A stretch of 64,000 nt of DNA from Prorocentrum cordatum (taxonomy: Eukaryota). This document shows, one piece after another, positions 49,791 through 61,945 of this stretch. Under the pieces are notes generated by a model that did not search any database, was not told the DNA's origin, and saw only the letters and a list, made by a program, of their open reading frames with translations. The stretch's first letter is position 1. Each line of letters begins with the position of its first letter. The position numbers and the translations under genes were made by a program. The DNA lies in contig CAUYUJ010000258.1 in the NCBI GenBank assembly GCA_963575745.1, positions 1 to 64,000 on the forward strand. Reading direction: 5' to 3'.

Positions 49791-50780
49791 CGTTTGTTCT
49801 TGATGAGCTTGTTGGTTTTGCCCTCGCGCCAGTAGTAGCACCGCTGGCCGATGGAAAGGTCGTGCTTGAGCGCCACATGTCGCCGTGGGAGTGCGCGTCG
49901 TAGCTTGGCTGAGGCGTCCGCCTTCATGAAGGCTAACGCCGCCATAGACCTCCTCTCCAGCACGTCCTTGAAGTCCTCGTCCTCCTTCATCTGGTACAGC
50001 GTCGCTGGTGAGAACTTGTCGCTGGAGTTGGCCATCGTCGTAGTGGGGTCCATGCCCAGAACCCACTGGCATGGCGAGTACCCCTTCGTGAACGCCAGTC
50101 GGTTGACCTGGTGGGGCACGTAGATGCACGCCTCGGTGATCAGCTTCTCGTCGAGCACCATGTTGGCCGTGCGCTCGATCGCGTCCTGACAGTAAAGCTC
50201 GATCGCTTCTCGAACCACCTGATGGCGTTGCTCCACCACTCCGAGACTCGCGTGAACCTCGCCTGCTGCGATCACGATACTAATGCTGTACTGCTGCAGA
50301 AACTGCGTGAACTTGTCCGACGCGAAGCCTGGGCCGTCGTCGGTACGTAGCTCGCCCATGGGACCGAGCTGCCTGATCCAGCCGCGCTCGACCGCCTTGA
50401 TCAGTTCGTCGGCCGTCTGCGTCTTGATCGTCCGTAGGGCACAGTACCTGGTAGCGCCGTCCACCATTGACAATATTGCCGTCTTGCCTGTCGCGGTCTT
50501 GACCCAGAACACGTCGGTATAGACGGTTTCGTTGAACTTCGTCGGCTGCTTGGCTGACGCTGTGGGGGCCTTCGGCGGGCGCTGCCGCTGCATGCAGTGC
50601 TCGCAGCGATACTCTGCCGCGCAGTTGAGCACGTTCTCTTGAGCTCCCGCTTGCTGTATTAGCCGATGTAGTACCGTCGGGTTGGGGTGCCCCATGTTCC
50701 GGTGTAGCCGCTTGACGTAGCGCAACGCCTCGGTGCCGTACTTCTCGCGTAACTGCGAGTGCACGTGGACAACCTCCTCC
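49790..50780 (-). pseudogene. Copia integrase
   Basis: HHCC zinc domain LHRNMGHP...CEHC; DDE core YTDVFW / RTDDGPGF / GVVEQRH; GQRCYYWR, then an abrupt frame change near 49795 (probable internal deletion). Confidence 0.9.
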
Positions 50781-50869
50781 TTCGTCGTCTCGTCCGTCGA
50801 GGTGGGTTTGCTGCCGCTGCTGACGTCCTCGCCGTTGTAGATCTCCTCGACCTCGGCTTCCACCATGAC

Positions 50870-51520
50870 CTGCGCCAGGGTGGCTGCCAGGATGAACGGG
50901 TAGTCCTCCGTGACCTTCGTGCGCTTGACGCCGCTGCCGTCCACGTTGCCCTCCAATGATGCGTGCTGATGGCGCCTGTCGCATCGCGTGCTCATGATTG
51001 CCTACATGAGTTTCTTGGTGGTCCTGATGGTGGTTGGCTTCTTGACCGGCTGATCGTCACTCCCTGGTAGGGTGAGGCCGTACATGCACTGGTCGAAGGT
51101 CGCCGTGTAGCCTGGTAGGTTGGACCAGGCCTTCGTCTGCCAGGGCCTCGATGTGGCTGGATGCTCCACGTGAGCGTGACGTCCGCCCTCGTGCTGGATG
51201 TGGTAGACGTCCGCCACGAACTGCAGGTGCGTCCGGTGATGCCAGTCGCGTAGCTCGATAAGGTACTCCTTCCAACCAGGATGCTGGTAGATGTTCAGTT
51301 CCTGCATGTTGGACCAGGGTCCGTACGCCGGGGAAAGATGAACTTCGTCTGGCTGTTCTTCGCGTAGCTTGCGCTTGAACCGCTCCCGGTGCTCAACCTT
51401 CGCGAAGTCCCAGCACGTGTGTAGCCCGTGTGTAGCCCGAACGTTTCGACGTCCGCTCCGAGGTCGCGTAGGCTCTGAGATAGCCGCGCCTCGCCAGCAT
51501 AGACCTCCCAGACCTTCCGT
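50870..51520 (-). pseudogene. C5 DNA methyltransferase-like domain inside copia pol, between protease and integrase
   Basis: VWEVYAGEARLS (motif I-like), WDF, HLSPAYGPWS (motif IV SPPC-like, Cys read as Tyr), HVEHP (motif VI ENP-like), FDQCMYG...VKKPTTIRT (motif VIII-like), CDRRHQH, YPFILA. Broken by an 11-bp duplication (51416-51437) and a TAG (51002-51004). Confidence 0.68.
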
Positions 51521-51591
51521 CGCGTAGTGCAGCGCTTCGCCGCTGCCCGCCGCATCGTCTGCATGTACTGGTCGCTCGCGTGCTTGATCGC

Positions 51592-53682
51592 CTAGTGGAT
51601 CTTCTGAATGAAGTTGGTCGTGACCTGCCTTTTGTCGCCGTCGTCGCTGCTGGACGTGTCCTGCTCGGTGAGCTGCGTCATGTCGCTGGAGGCGTCCGCC
51701 AGGCACCAGCATGGCTCTGGCAGGTTCGGGTCGACTGGCTGGATCGGCGTTGTCGTGAAGCAGAGGTTGCCGCAGGAAGCGTGATTTCGGCACCGATACT
51801 GCTTCATGCATTCGCCGCAGCAGTTGACCTTCACGACTCGTTGCGGGCATCCTTCTGAGTGCGCCCGCTGCGGTGTAACCTCCCACTGCTCCTCGTCGCT
51901 GCTGCTGATGTTGTCGACCTTGTAGATCTCGTCTAAGAACTCCAGGCCGATGATGGTCCTGTTGCCGTCCACGAACTCCTTGAAGTCGACCGGCTCGTAC
52001 TCGAAGTCGAACTCCGCGTCCTTCGTCTGGTCGTCCAGGTTCTCGAGCAGGTCCACCATGTAGTGGCCTTGCGGAGACGTACGCGCCTCCTCGTAGCTGC
52101 CGCCGTTCCACGCCAGCTGCTGATTCGCAAAGTCGACCTGCACTGCGAACTTCTCCAGTAGGGGCCGTGGGAAGAGGATTGGCGGCTTCCCTGGAGCGAG
52201 GTAAATGCACAGGGTCCCCGTCTTGTTCTTGAAGCTCGCTGGAATGATGCCGCACCACAGCGCGTGCCCCACCTTACCGTTGCCGAATCGGAATGGCCTC
52301 CGACACGTGTGGAACTCCAGCGTCTCGATCGGGTAGCCCTTGGAGTGGCACGCTGCCAGGTACTCCTTGGTGGTCTCCGAACCTGACATAAGCGTAGTCG
52401 CGCCGCCGTCCAGGATCGCCAACTGTGCGGGAATGATGCTGGCCGTTTTGCGGTTGTCCCAGTAGACCTCGTCAACCATCATCTCTTGATCCATCTGTCC
52501 GTGGGGCCGCTTCTTCGGTGGCTCCGGGCAGTCCTTCGCCCAGTGTCCGACTCCGCCGCATCGTAGACACGTCGCCTTGGATGGTGCTGGCCTCGTAGCT
52601 GCTTCCGCCCTCTCAGTAGGTCTCGGCCTCGTGTAAGGATTGAATGGGCGATGTGGTGCCGATGGTGGTGAGCCCGTCCGTCCTGGGCTGCCCTTTCGTC
52701 CAGCTCCTCGAGAACGTCCGCGTCCTTTGGCTGCGCCCTTACTGGGTGGGCGCCTCGGTGCTGCTGATGCTGATGATCCCGTCGCGCCAGGTACCATCGC
52801 CACGACCGGGTAGTAGCCGCGTGCGAGCTTCAGGTCGTTGAAGCGCTTGCGCGCGTCGTGGTAGGCCGCGTAGACCTCGTCGTATTCCGACACGTCGAAG
52901 TCCTGCACCGTCGCCGTATCCCGCTGATAGTAGGCCTCCTCGCAGTCGTACCAGCTCTCGTCGCCTTCCTCGGCCCAGTACTCCTGCTCGTAGCCGTCAT
53001 CGAACTCTAGTTCGTCGTCTTGGCCATAGTATGCATCTTCTTCGTAGTACTCTCCTGTCTCTTCGTCCACGTGGTACTGCTTCCGTGCATGATTAGGCTC
53101 GTATACCGTGCTCTCCTGTCCGAATGTTGTCTCCAGCGCCTCAATCACTTTGTCCTGTGTGATGTCCTTGCCCACGATGGACATGATGACTGCCTTCTGG
53201 TCTGAACTGTAGCCGCCTCGTCGTAAGATCAGCCATCCACGAACCTTGGATGGCAACTCGATGTCGATCGTCTTGAGCTTCCGCTCTGCTGCTCGAACTC
53301 TTGAGATGTAGCTGAAGAGCGTCTCTGCTCGATTGCGTCGTAGCTTGTAAAAGTACTCCTCGAAGTCATCTGCCAACTCCGTCCGCGTGTCCATCTTGAA
53401 TCGCTTCCGTAGGCGTGTGAGTAACGCTGTAGCCGCGCCAGGCTTGATCAGGTCTTCCGCCGTGAAGTCCTCAACTTCGTCCCAAGCTTCGCCTGTCAGC
53501 CCGGCCGATAACATGAGAGCCGCCTCGCCCTCCTTCTTCTCTTAGGTCAGCTTCGCTATGAACATTGTCGCCCGCTTCTCGTACTCCTTCCATCTCGAAA
53601 GTGTTCCGTCGAACTGTGGAACTCCGCGTTCCGGTAGTATTGCCTGATGGTCGTCTGCTGCTCTGCCGCCTGCTTTCGCCAT
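51592..53682 (-). pseudogene. Copia gag + aspartic protease (in-frame TAA at 53542-53544, TAG at 51592-51594)
   Basis: VPQFDG N-terminal gag motif, zinc knuckle CLRCGGVGHWAKDC, protease AILDGGAT followed by FRFGNG. ORFs 53542-54033 and 51592-53514 are in the same frame. Confidence 0.9.
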
Positions 53683-53957
53683 GATGCTGGCACTCGCTGC
53701 GTAGAGGTCGTCGTCGCCGCCGAGAAAGGTGTACTGCTGCTCTAACTCGTGCTGCTCGCTGGAGCTGCTGAAATTGTCGCTCTGGACCTCGCTGGAGGTC
53801 GATTCCGAGTTGTTGCCGAAGCTGGGCTCGAAGCCGCCTGATGTGGAGTAGTGGCCGTCGGCGCTGAGCGGTCCACAGGATATGGAGTAGTGGCCGTCGA
53901 CGCTGAGCGGTCCACAGGATATGGAGGGCGCTGACAAGCCTGCCGAGGGATCGACAG

Positions 53958-53969
53958 GCTCCGCTACCA
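53958..53969 (-). promoter_or_regulatory. Primer binding site, probably initiator tRNA-Met
   Basis: TGGTAGCGGAGC one base after the 5' LTR. Complementary to a tRNA 3' end GCUCCGCUACCA, consistent with the A1:U72 pair of eukaryotic tRNA-iMet. Confidence 0.8.
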
Positions 53970-53970
53970 A

Positions 53971-54158
53971 TATGAACTTATCAAAGCTCCCGAAGTCTTT
54001 GATCGCAATAAGAATAAGAAACCAGGAAAACATCTGAGATGTTTTCCACAGCGCGCTCTGTCTGACTCAAGGGCCCTGCCACAATCCAGGGCCAAACGGT
54101 TGCGGTCGCACACGCACATGCACGAACATAAATACAGATGTACAGCGTATATCTCACA
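53971..54158 (-). repeat. 5' LTR (188 bp)
   Basis: Differs from 46483-46669 by about 4 substitutions and 1 indel; minus-strand ends TGTGAG...GTTCATA. Confidence 0.95.
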
Positions 54159-54243
54159 GGAGGGGACGACGGATATCCAGGACACATGGAAAATATGGGG
54201 AAATCCTGGGATCTGTGTCTATGTGTGTGTGTGTGTGTGTTTC

Positions 54244-54288
<45 letters not shown>

Positions 54289-57200
54289 GTGTGTCCCTGG
54301 GCCCCTTCAAAGAAATGGCATAAGGGACAGACTTCGTTATGATTCAGACAGTTTCCACATATTTGGAGCATTTTTGATCTTCCGAACGCCCAGCGCGGCC
54401 CAAGACGGTCCCCAAGAAAGAAATCGCCCCAAGATGGCCCAAGAGGGCCCCCCCGCGTCGGCTCAACAGGGCCCCAGGACGGCCCACGAGGCCCCCCAGG
54501 TGACCCCAAGATGCTCCACGCGGGTTCCACGAGGGGCCCACGAGGAGCCCCCAAGAGGCCCCCGACAGCCTGACAGCCTGAAAAGGCCCCTCTGGAGGCT
54601 CCGAAAGGCCCGCGAAAGGAATCGAAGAGGTCCCGAGACGCTGTTCGGTCGTTTCGGCTGCGTCGCAGCCGGCTGCGGTGGGTCGGTCCGTAGGGGAACC
54701 AACGATGACATAAACATAACAATTCGGAGGTCCGCGCGGGTTTCTCGGATCGGCGCTGGAACCCCCCTGGCGGCGCCGCCGGCGCCGATCCGAGGAATCC
54801 GTGCGGACCTCCGAGTTTTTATGTTTGTGCCATTGTTTCTTCCCTTGGTCCGGTCCAGTCGGCCGTCGCGTGGTTGCAGCGTCGCCGCTCCCCTCCGGGC
54901 TGCTTGCGGGCTGTCGTCTCCGGTCTCCCCAGACATCCGATGTCTCGATTTTTCGAGACACGGGCCCCCGACCTCCCGACCACTTCCCCGGGTCCGGTTT
55001 TTCATCCCGAGTCGTTTTTTGACGGTCCCGAGGCCCGGCGAGGGCCCCGAGAGGCCGAAAACGCCGAACAACCTCCGTCCCGATTTTTTCGAGACGCTGG
55101 GTCGCTGTCGGCCCCGGGGCGGCCCTGGCCCCCCTCCAGCCCGCTCCCGCCGCGGGGTTCGGCGGCCCTCCCCGCCTGCAGGGCCCGCCGGAGGGCACGG
55201 CGCCCGAGCCGGCGGGGAGGGCCCCGCCGCTGCGCGCGCTCGCGCGCCGAGCACGCGCGGCGGCCGGGCTGCGAGGCGGCTGCGGTGCCTCCGGGAGGCG
55301 CCTTCTGCACCGGCGGCGGCGGGGGCTCGGAAGCGGCGGCGCGCCCGCGGTGCCGCGCCTGCTGGGCGTCCGTCGCGAGCGGCCGAGGCGGAGGAGTCGG
55401 CGCGCTGTCCGTCGCCGGCTCGAGAGGCCGCCGCCCCGAGGCGCGCTCGTCGGAGGAGGGCAGCTGTCAGGTCCGCCTCTCCCTCCCCTCTTCAGAGACG
55501 CGGGATACCTGGAGCCAGCTGGGAGTCTGAGGTGGTCCAGCAGGGGTTCCCGCCGGCAGGAAGGAGAGTGAGGTTGGATGCTCTGGGTTCGATGATGTTT
55601 TGTGCCTTTTTCTGGTCTCCAGGGGACATGTTCGCGGGACCGTCAAAACTGGATCTGGGGTGAAAATTCGCACCAGATGGACTGGGAGGGGTCCTGGGAC
55701 TGATTTTGAGTGGATCTGCCTTCCTCCCCTCCTCTTGGCAGGTCTCTCTAGGTCCAGCCAGCTCAGACCACCTGGCCGCCTCCAAGAGGAAAACAATCAA
55801 AGGAGAAGTGGGGAGGGATGAGGGAGGTGGACCTGCAGAAATGTCCGCTTCCTAGGGCCCTCCCCTCTGTGCGTGGGCGCGCCCGTGGCGCCCATGGAGC
55901 AGCGAGCGCTTCGGGCATGGGGTGCTTCTCCTCATGATCGGCTGGCTGCGACAGCTGCGGCGCAGCCCTAGGGAGAGGCATGGAGGTGCTACATGCCGCC
56001 GCCGCCGCCTAGCATTTGAAAGTACAGTTTTGAGGCGGGATCTAGAGGGGAAGTGAGGTGCGTATGCGTAGTCGGCCTTGCACGGTAGTTGAAGCCACCA
56101 CGGTGGTGCTATTGGGAAGGTGCCTCTTTTCGACAACATTGGGTGCCCTTGGCGGAGAGCCCAGTCGGTTTGATTTGCCAGCTTGTGTCATTGCAAGACC
56201 ATGTGGGCATTGTTCGAGGGTTGTCGCCAAGACCTGAATTCTTAATGCTTCGCGTATCCCCAGCAGTGCTTGGACCTTACTCGCCGCTGGCGCTCTCGCC
56301 TGCGGTTGCGACAAAAAAGTATCCCCAGCAGTACGCCACTGGGTTGGGAGTGCCCTTTGGTGCTCCGTATGAGTGGCTGCTCAAGCGCTCGCTGCGCTTG
56401 CCTCTCTCTTTTCCTGCTGCCTAGTCGCGGCCCGGCTAGTGATCGGACGGCTTTCGATTTGCTTCGCGAGCCCGCAGACCAAAAATGTATCCCCAGCAGT
56501 TTTTGCAGCGAGTCCCGCCTCCTGCTTGTTCCTCACTCAGCTGTCCTCTCGTTGCCTCCCTCTTCCCCCCTCCTGTTTGCGCAATTTAGACCGTAGCCTG
56601 CTAGCTACGACTCTCGGACGGCGTCTGGCGTTCCCGGTGCGCTTGCGATCAAAAAAGCGTATCCCCAGAAAAGCGTATCCCCAGCAGTCCGTCCAGAAAC
56701 GATCACCAGGATAGTCGCCCTGATCACAGAAGTTCAGGAGCACGCAGTGGAACAGGGAGGTGATATAGCCTTCTAGCTGAAGCTCGGGATCAACCTAAGC
56801 ACACCAAGGAGTGCAACTGCTGAGCCTGCCGTTGAATGAGAAGGATAAGGACGCGACATTCACAAGCCTCTGTGTAGAATTCGACAGCTTCTACGCACAA
56901 TGCCCACAGCGATCAAAGAAGGAGTTCTTTCCTAATTAGCCTCGCTCCGTCAGAGCACGAAATATCGCCTGATGGAAGTTTTCTTTCGCGCGCTCGTGGG
57001 GCACTCTTGGGCGCCGTCTTGGAAGGCGCCGTCTTGGATCTCTTCTAGGCCCCTCTTGGGGCTCTCTTGCGGACTCAAGTGGCCCATGGGAGGCGAAACG
57101 GTGAGAAGGTACAAACACTTAAAAAAACACTTAGGTGTTTGTTTCGTTTTGACCTCTCGGGGGTAACCTTGGGAGGCTACGAGTGGCCACTTGGAGTCGC

Positions 57201-58532
57201 CGTAGAGCGGTCTTGGGCCTCTTCGAGGTACGTTTGGGGTCATCTTGGGTCATCCAGGGTTATCTCGCGTCGTCTTGGAGACCATCTTGAACCTTCCGAG
57301 GCCATGTTGGAGCCATCATGGGCCATCTTCGACGCTCTGACGCCTCGCGGCTTGGGTGGGCTGTCCCAGGCCCAGGGTGCAGGGTAGGGGGAGGGTCGAG
57401 AGACCTCTTGTCCAAGCCGTCTCGCTCACTCCTACCCGTCCTTCCAACACATGAGAGGCTTTCGAGTGTCCCTGTCAAAAACCAAGGCGAAGTGGTCGCG
57501 GTGCGCCCGCGCATGCTCCAGATTTGGAGGCAATGTGTATGTTGTGTTGTATTTCGACAGGGGTGGTTGGCCTGCGCGCAGCAAGCAATATGAAGTCCCC
57601 CCCCGCCCCTGTCACTCCGCAAAGTGATCCCAGGCCCCCCGCGTTTGCTGTAAATTTGGAAGCGCAGTGTATTTGGGGTGGTTTTTGGCAAGGATGGTTC
57701 GCCTGCGCGCAGCAAGCAATATGAGCTCCCCCTGCTGCCGTCCCTGTCAACAACAGATGCAAAGTGGTCTCGGGGCGCCCCCGCATGCTCCGGATTGGGA
57801 GGCACAATGTATGCTGTATGGTTTTTTGACAGGGATGGTTGGCTTGCGCGCTGCGAGCAATATGATGCCCCCCCTACCGTCCCTGCCAAACACCACTGCA
57901 ACGTGGTCGCGGGGCGCCCGCGCATGCTCCAGCTTTGGAGACAACGTGTATTGTGTAGGTTTTTTTGGGCGGGTGGTGGGGGTGTGTGGGGGCGCAGGGT
58001 TCGGGTTGGCTGCTGGCCGTGTGGGGGAGAACAGCGCGCAAGCCGTGCTGCTCACGCCCACCCGCCCTCCCACTACACAAGTCGCACCCAAGTCTCAACA
58101 CAGGCAGGGGCCGCCATCGACAACCATCGGGAAACAATGCAGAAGCCAGCCAGGTGCGCGATGCCCGCGAGGTGCACCAGGTGCGACACTTTGGGCAATA
58201 GGTCGGCCGCCCCACAATCTCTGTCAATAACAAATTCAAAATGACGGCGGGTTTGCGAGCATCGCGTGTCGTGTGTGGGTGTGCGCTCGCAAGCACTTTG
58301 CGCTCGCTTGTTTTTGATAGGGATAGTAGGCCTTCGCACAGCAGTCAGTACCCCCCCCCAGCCCGGGCAAAGTTAATGATATATTTACCTAACAGCTCTT
58401 GCTGATAGGTTTCTAGTGGACTCACAAGAGAGCATCATGACTCCTCAGGGGGGTCTGGGCGGGACCCGGGGAGGCTGCCGCCGAAGCCGAAATCGCTTGG
58501 GACATCCTCGCAAAATCGCTCTTGGTGCTCCT

Positions 58533-58855
58533 AGAACTCCATTCCCGGGCCACATTTTGGATGCCCGGAGCCAACTGTAGGCCACTTCGTGCTCTTCGAC
58601 TTCCCAGAACTCCATTCCCGGGCCACATTTTGGATGCCCGGAGCCAACTGTAGGCCACTTCGTGCTCTTCGATTTCCCAGAACTCCATTCCCGGGCCACA
58701 TTTTGGATGCCCGGAGCCAACTGTAGGCCACTTCGTGCTCTTCAAGTTCCCAGAACTCCATTCCTGGGCATGATTTTGAATGCCCGGAGCCAACTGTAGG
58801 CCACTTCGTGTTCTTCTAGTTCCCAGAACTCCATTCCTGGGCCACATTTTGAATG
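58533..58855. repeat. 73-bp tandem repeat, ~4.4 copies
   Basis: AGAACTCCATTCC restarts at 58533, 58606, 58679, 58752 and 58825. Confidence 0.95.
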
Positions 58856-59185
58856 CTGAGGCAGGCTGATGCTGCGGCCGAGGCAGGCTGAGGCTGAGGC
58901 AGGCTGAGGCTGAGGCCGAGGCTGAAGGCAGACTGAGGCTGAGGCTGAAGCAGGACTGAGGCTGAGGCTGAGGCAGGCTGAGGCTGAGGCTGAGGCAGGC
59001 TGATGCTGAGGCAGGCTGAGGCTGAGGCTGAGGCTGATGCAGGCTGAGGCTGAGGCAGGCTGAGGCTGAGGCCGAGGCTGAAGGCAGACTGAGGCTGAGG
59101 CTGAAGCAGGCTGAGGCTGAGGCTGAGGCAGGCTGAGGCTGAGGCAGGCTGAGGCTGAGGCTGAGGCAGGCTGAGGCTGAGGCTG
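58856..59185. repeat. (GAGGCT)n/(GAGGCAGGCT)n satellite
   Basis: Direct inspection. Confidence 0.92.
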
Positions 59186-61851
59186 TGACTGCGACTGCCG
59201 TTGCCGCTGCGACTGTCATCGCGAATGCGACTACGACTGCGAGAACAGCAGAATTCGACAACTGGATTTTCATCTGAATCTTAAGGGGAATGCTTTCAGA
59301 TATGCTTCTACACATCGCTGTTAGGTTGCTTTGCCGGGATAATTTTGGATAAAAGATGCCGCCCCCCGCCGTCCGTGTCAAACAACAATGCGAAGTCATC
59401 GCGGTGCGTCCGCGCATGATCCAGACTTTGGTGAAAAGTGCGCTCCGTATTGTTTTTGCAAGGGACGGCTTCGGGTGTGCCGGCATTGCAAGCCGTAGGC
59501 AACATGCCAAACCCCATCCGTCCTTGCCAACAGCCAGCGCAATGTGACCGCGGGCCGTCTGGGTATGATCCAGATTCTGTGGTAAAGTCAAGTTGTACTG
59601 TATGCTGGGGTGTGTGCTGGCATTGTCCAAAGCAGGCAATCTGCCGCCCCCCTCCCGTCCATATCAGAAACCGATGCAAGGTGATCGCGGCGCGGTTGGG
59701 CATGATCAAGATTTTGGTGCAACGTGCATGTTGTATTATTATTCGAAGAAGGGTGGAGGGTTGTTGGCATGGTTCGTGGTTGGCTTCTGGTCGCGTGGGG
59801 GAGGAGATGTATGTTAATAAAAAGCTTTGGTCAAGACACGTCTCCCATACGGAACTTGCTTGGCTCACCCCAGCCCATCCTCCGAGTAATCAGTAGTACC
59901 CGGGTCTCATCATGTTCAGCGTTCGTCTTTGAATGGGCAGTCAGCGGGGACCGATGCAGACCCCAGGTGCGCGACGTTGGGGCGAGGTGCGCCAGGCGTG
60001 ACAGGCGCGCCATGCGCGCCAGGTGCGCCAGGCACCCCTGTGGCCCAAGCGTGCCTGGCATGCCTGGTGCGCCAGATGCGCCACGTGCTCCACGTGCGCC
60101 AAGTGTGCCGCATGCTCCAGCCGCGCCAGGTGCGCCACGTCTGGGGCACGCGCAGAGTGTGCCAGGTGCGCCCGCGCATATCGGGAAACATGGGCCGACC
60201 ATCCTCGTCGAAATCCAATACACAATCGCGGTGAAGTGGCCATCACGATGTATGGCAGGCATGCGCACAGCAGGCGATATGCCAGCACCCCCGCCGTCCC
60301 TGTCAAAACCGATGCATGGGTGCCCGTGCATTATCCAGATTTCGGCGCGAAGTGCAGTTTGTCGACTTTACCGCAAAGTTCATTTTGCAATGTTTTGATG
60401 ACATGGATGTCGGGGGGGGTGCCCGCATTGGCCATGGGTTGTCGCCGGTCGGGTGGGGGAGTGTATATCAATAAGGGGCAGTGATCAAGCTACCACCCCC
60501 GAAGGACGGCCGATTCGCTTACTCCCACCCGCCCTCCTTCCACTTCAGTAGCACTCGAGTCTCAGCATGGGCCGCCATCGACCATGATCGGGAATCACTG
60601 CAGACGTCAGCCAGGTGCGTGACGCCCGCGAGGTGCGCCACGCGTGCCAGGGCACCCCCATCATCCCTGTCGAATAGCAGTGCGCAGTGACCGCGGGGCG
60701 CCTGCGCATGATCGTTGCTGGAACGTGTGCTTAGCATTTGTCAAACAACTGCAGCGGGATCGTTTGGTGCCCGCGCATGATCAGATTTTTCCGCAACAAC
60801 GTGCACTTTGCGTATGGTGGAGGGTGTTGTCATGATTCTGGGTTCGGCCCAGGTCGGGTGGGGGAGGGGATGTGCGCTAATAGGATACGGTCAGCAACCT
60901 TCTCCCGAAGGGGAGGGAGGGGTTTGTAATGACGAGCTCCTCACGTACGCCCAGAGTGTTGGGGGGATTCTTGACGCCCTTGTGCCTATCCAGAGACGAT
61001 TTGTAGCCGAGCTATTGCGAGAAGAAGCGAAGTGGAGGAGCGTCAGTCCTCCTGTCGTCGCCGCCCTCTTGGCGCCCGTGGCACTCTGGAGGTTTCTTGG
61101 GGTTGGGTGGCTTCGAGGGCCTCTGGCGCCGTCGTGGGGCCCTGGGCGCATCTCGGGGTTATCTTGGGAGCCGTTTTGAGGTCCCAGAAGCAGATCGCAA
61201 GCGACAACGCGAGAAGGCAAACATTCTCGAACTTATATCGGTTGCTTGGCGATTTCGGTCTTTTTCGGGTGCGTCCTCAGGAGGCCCAGTGGCCACCTCG
61301 AGTCATCGTCGGGGCTGTATTGCGGGCTCTTGGGAAGCATGCTGGAGGCCACCTTTGGCCAACTTGGGCAATATTGCGAGATCTTGAGAGCCATCTGGGA
61401 CAATTTCGAAGCCATCTTGGTCCATCTAGGACGCCCCAACGCGTTTCGACCTCGCCCGTCCAGACGCCCAAAGGGAGTACGAGGGGAATGGGTGGGGAAC
61501 AATCAGGGTGAGAAGAGGTGCTGCCTTCCAACCACCTGCGTCCAGGAGGGCCGAGGGAGATCCGCGGGCCACGGCCTGGTGCTCTGCTTCACACAGTGGC
61601 TACGCGCGATTCGGTTGACCTCTCCGTCTCGGGCATCGAGAGAACGCCCATCCAGATAGGTCGACTGGGGACATTTTGCATGGTTCGCTTGACTCTGGCA
61701 TTCGATTGTGCCGGTGCAGTCCCAAGTCCGGTTTCGATGACATGTTCTGTCAATCTTCGATCTTCGCTCGTGGACTCGCGGGTGTTCGCCCCGTGGCCTT
61801 TCTCATGGTTGATGGGCCTCTTTTCCACCACCACCATTAGTTGGAGGGGGG

Positions 61852-61945
61852 AAGGAGGAGCAGGAGGAGGAGGAGGAGGAGGAGGAGGAGGAGGAGGAGG
61901 AGGAGGAGGAGGAGGAGGAGGAGGAGGAGGAGGAGGAGGAGGAGG
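61852..61945. repeat. (GGA)n microsatellite
   Basis: Direct inspection. Confidence 0.95.

Larger units (their letters stand above)
46483..54158 (-). mobile_element. Full-length Ty1/copia LTR retrotransposon carrying a methyltransferase-like domain
   Basis: LTRs 53971-54158 and 46483-46669; 5-bp TSD GGAGG (46478-46482, 54159-54163); PBS; domain order gag-PR-(MTase-like)-IN-RT-RH on the minus strand, i.e. copia order. Confidence 0.96.
57460..60830. repeat. Diverged dispersed/tandem repeat family (core GCGCCCGCGCATGCTCCAGATTT), interrupted by satellites at 58530-59185
   Basis: Core recurs at ~57503, ~57775, ~57914, ~59405, ~60320 and ~60768. Confidence 0.65.

Noticed and set aside
58533..58855. 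Regular repeats resembling a CRISPR array
   Set aside because: The whole 73-bp unit repeats with no unique spacers; no cas genes; eukaryotic context.
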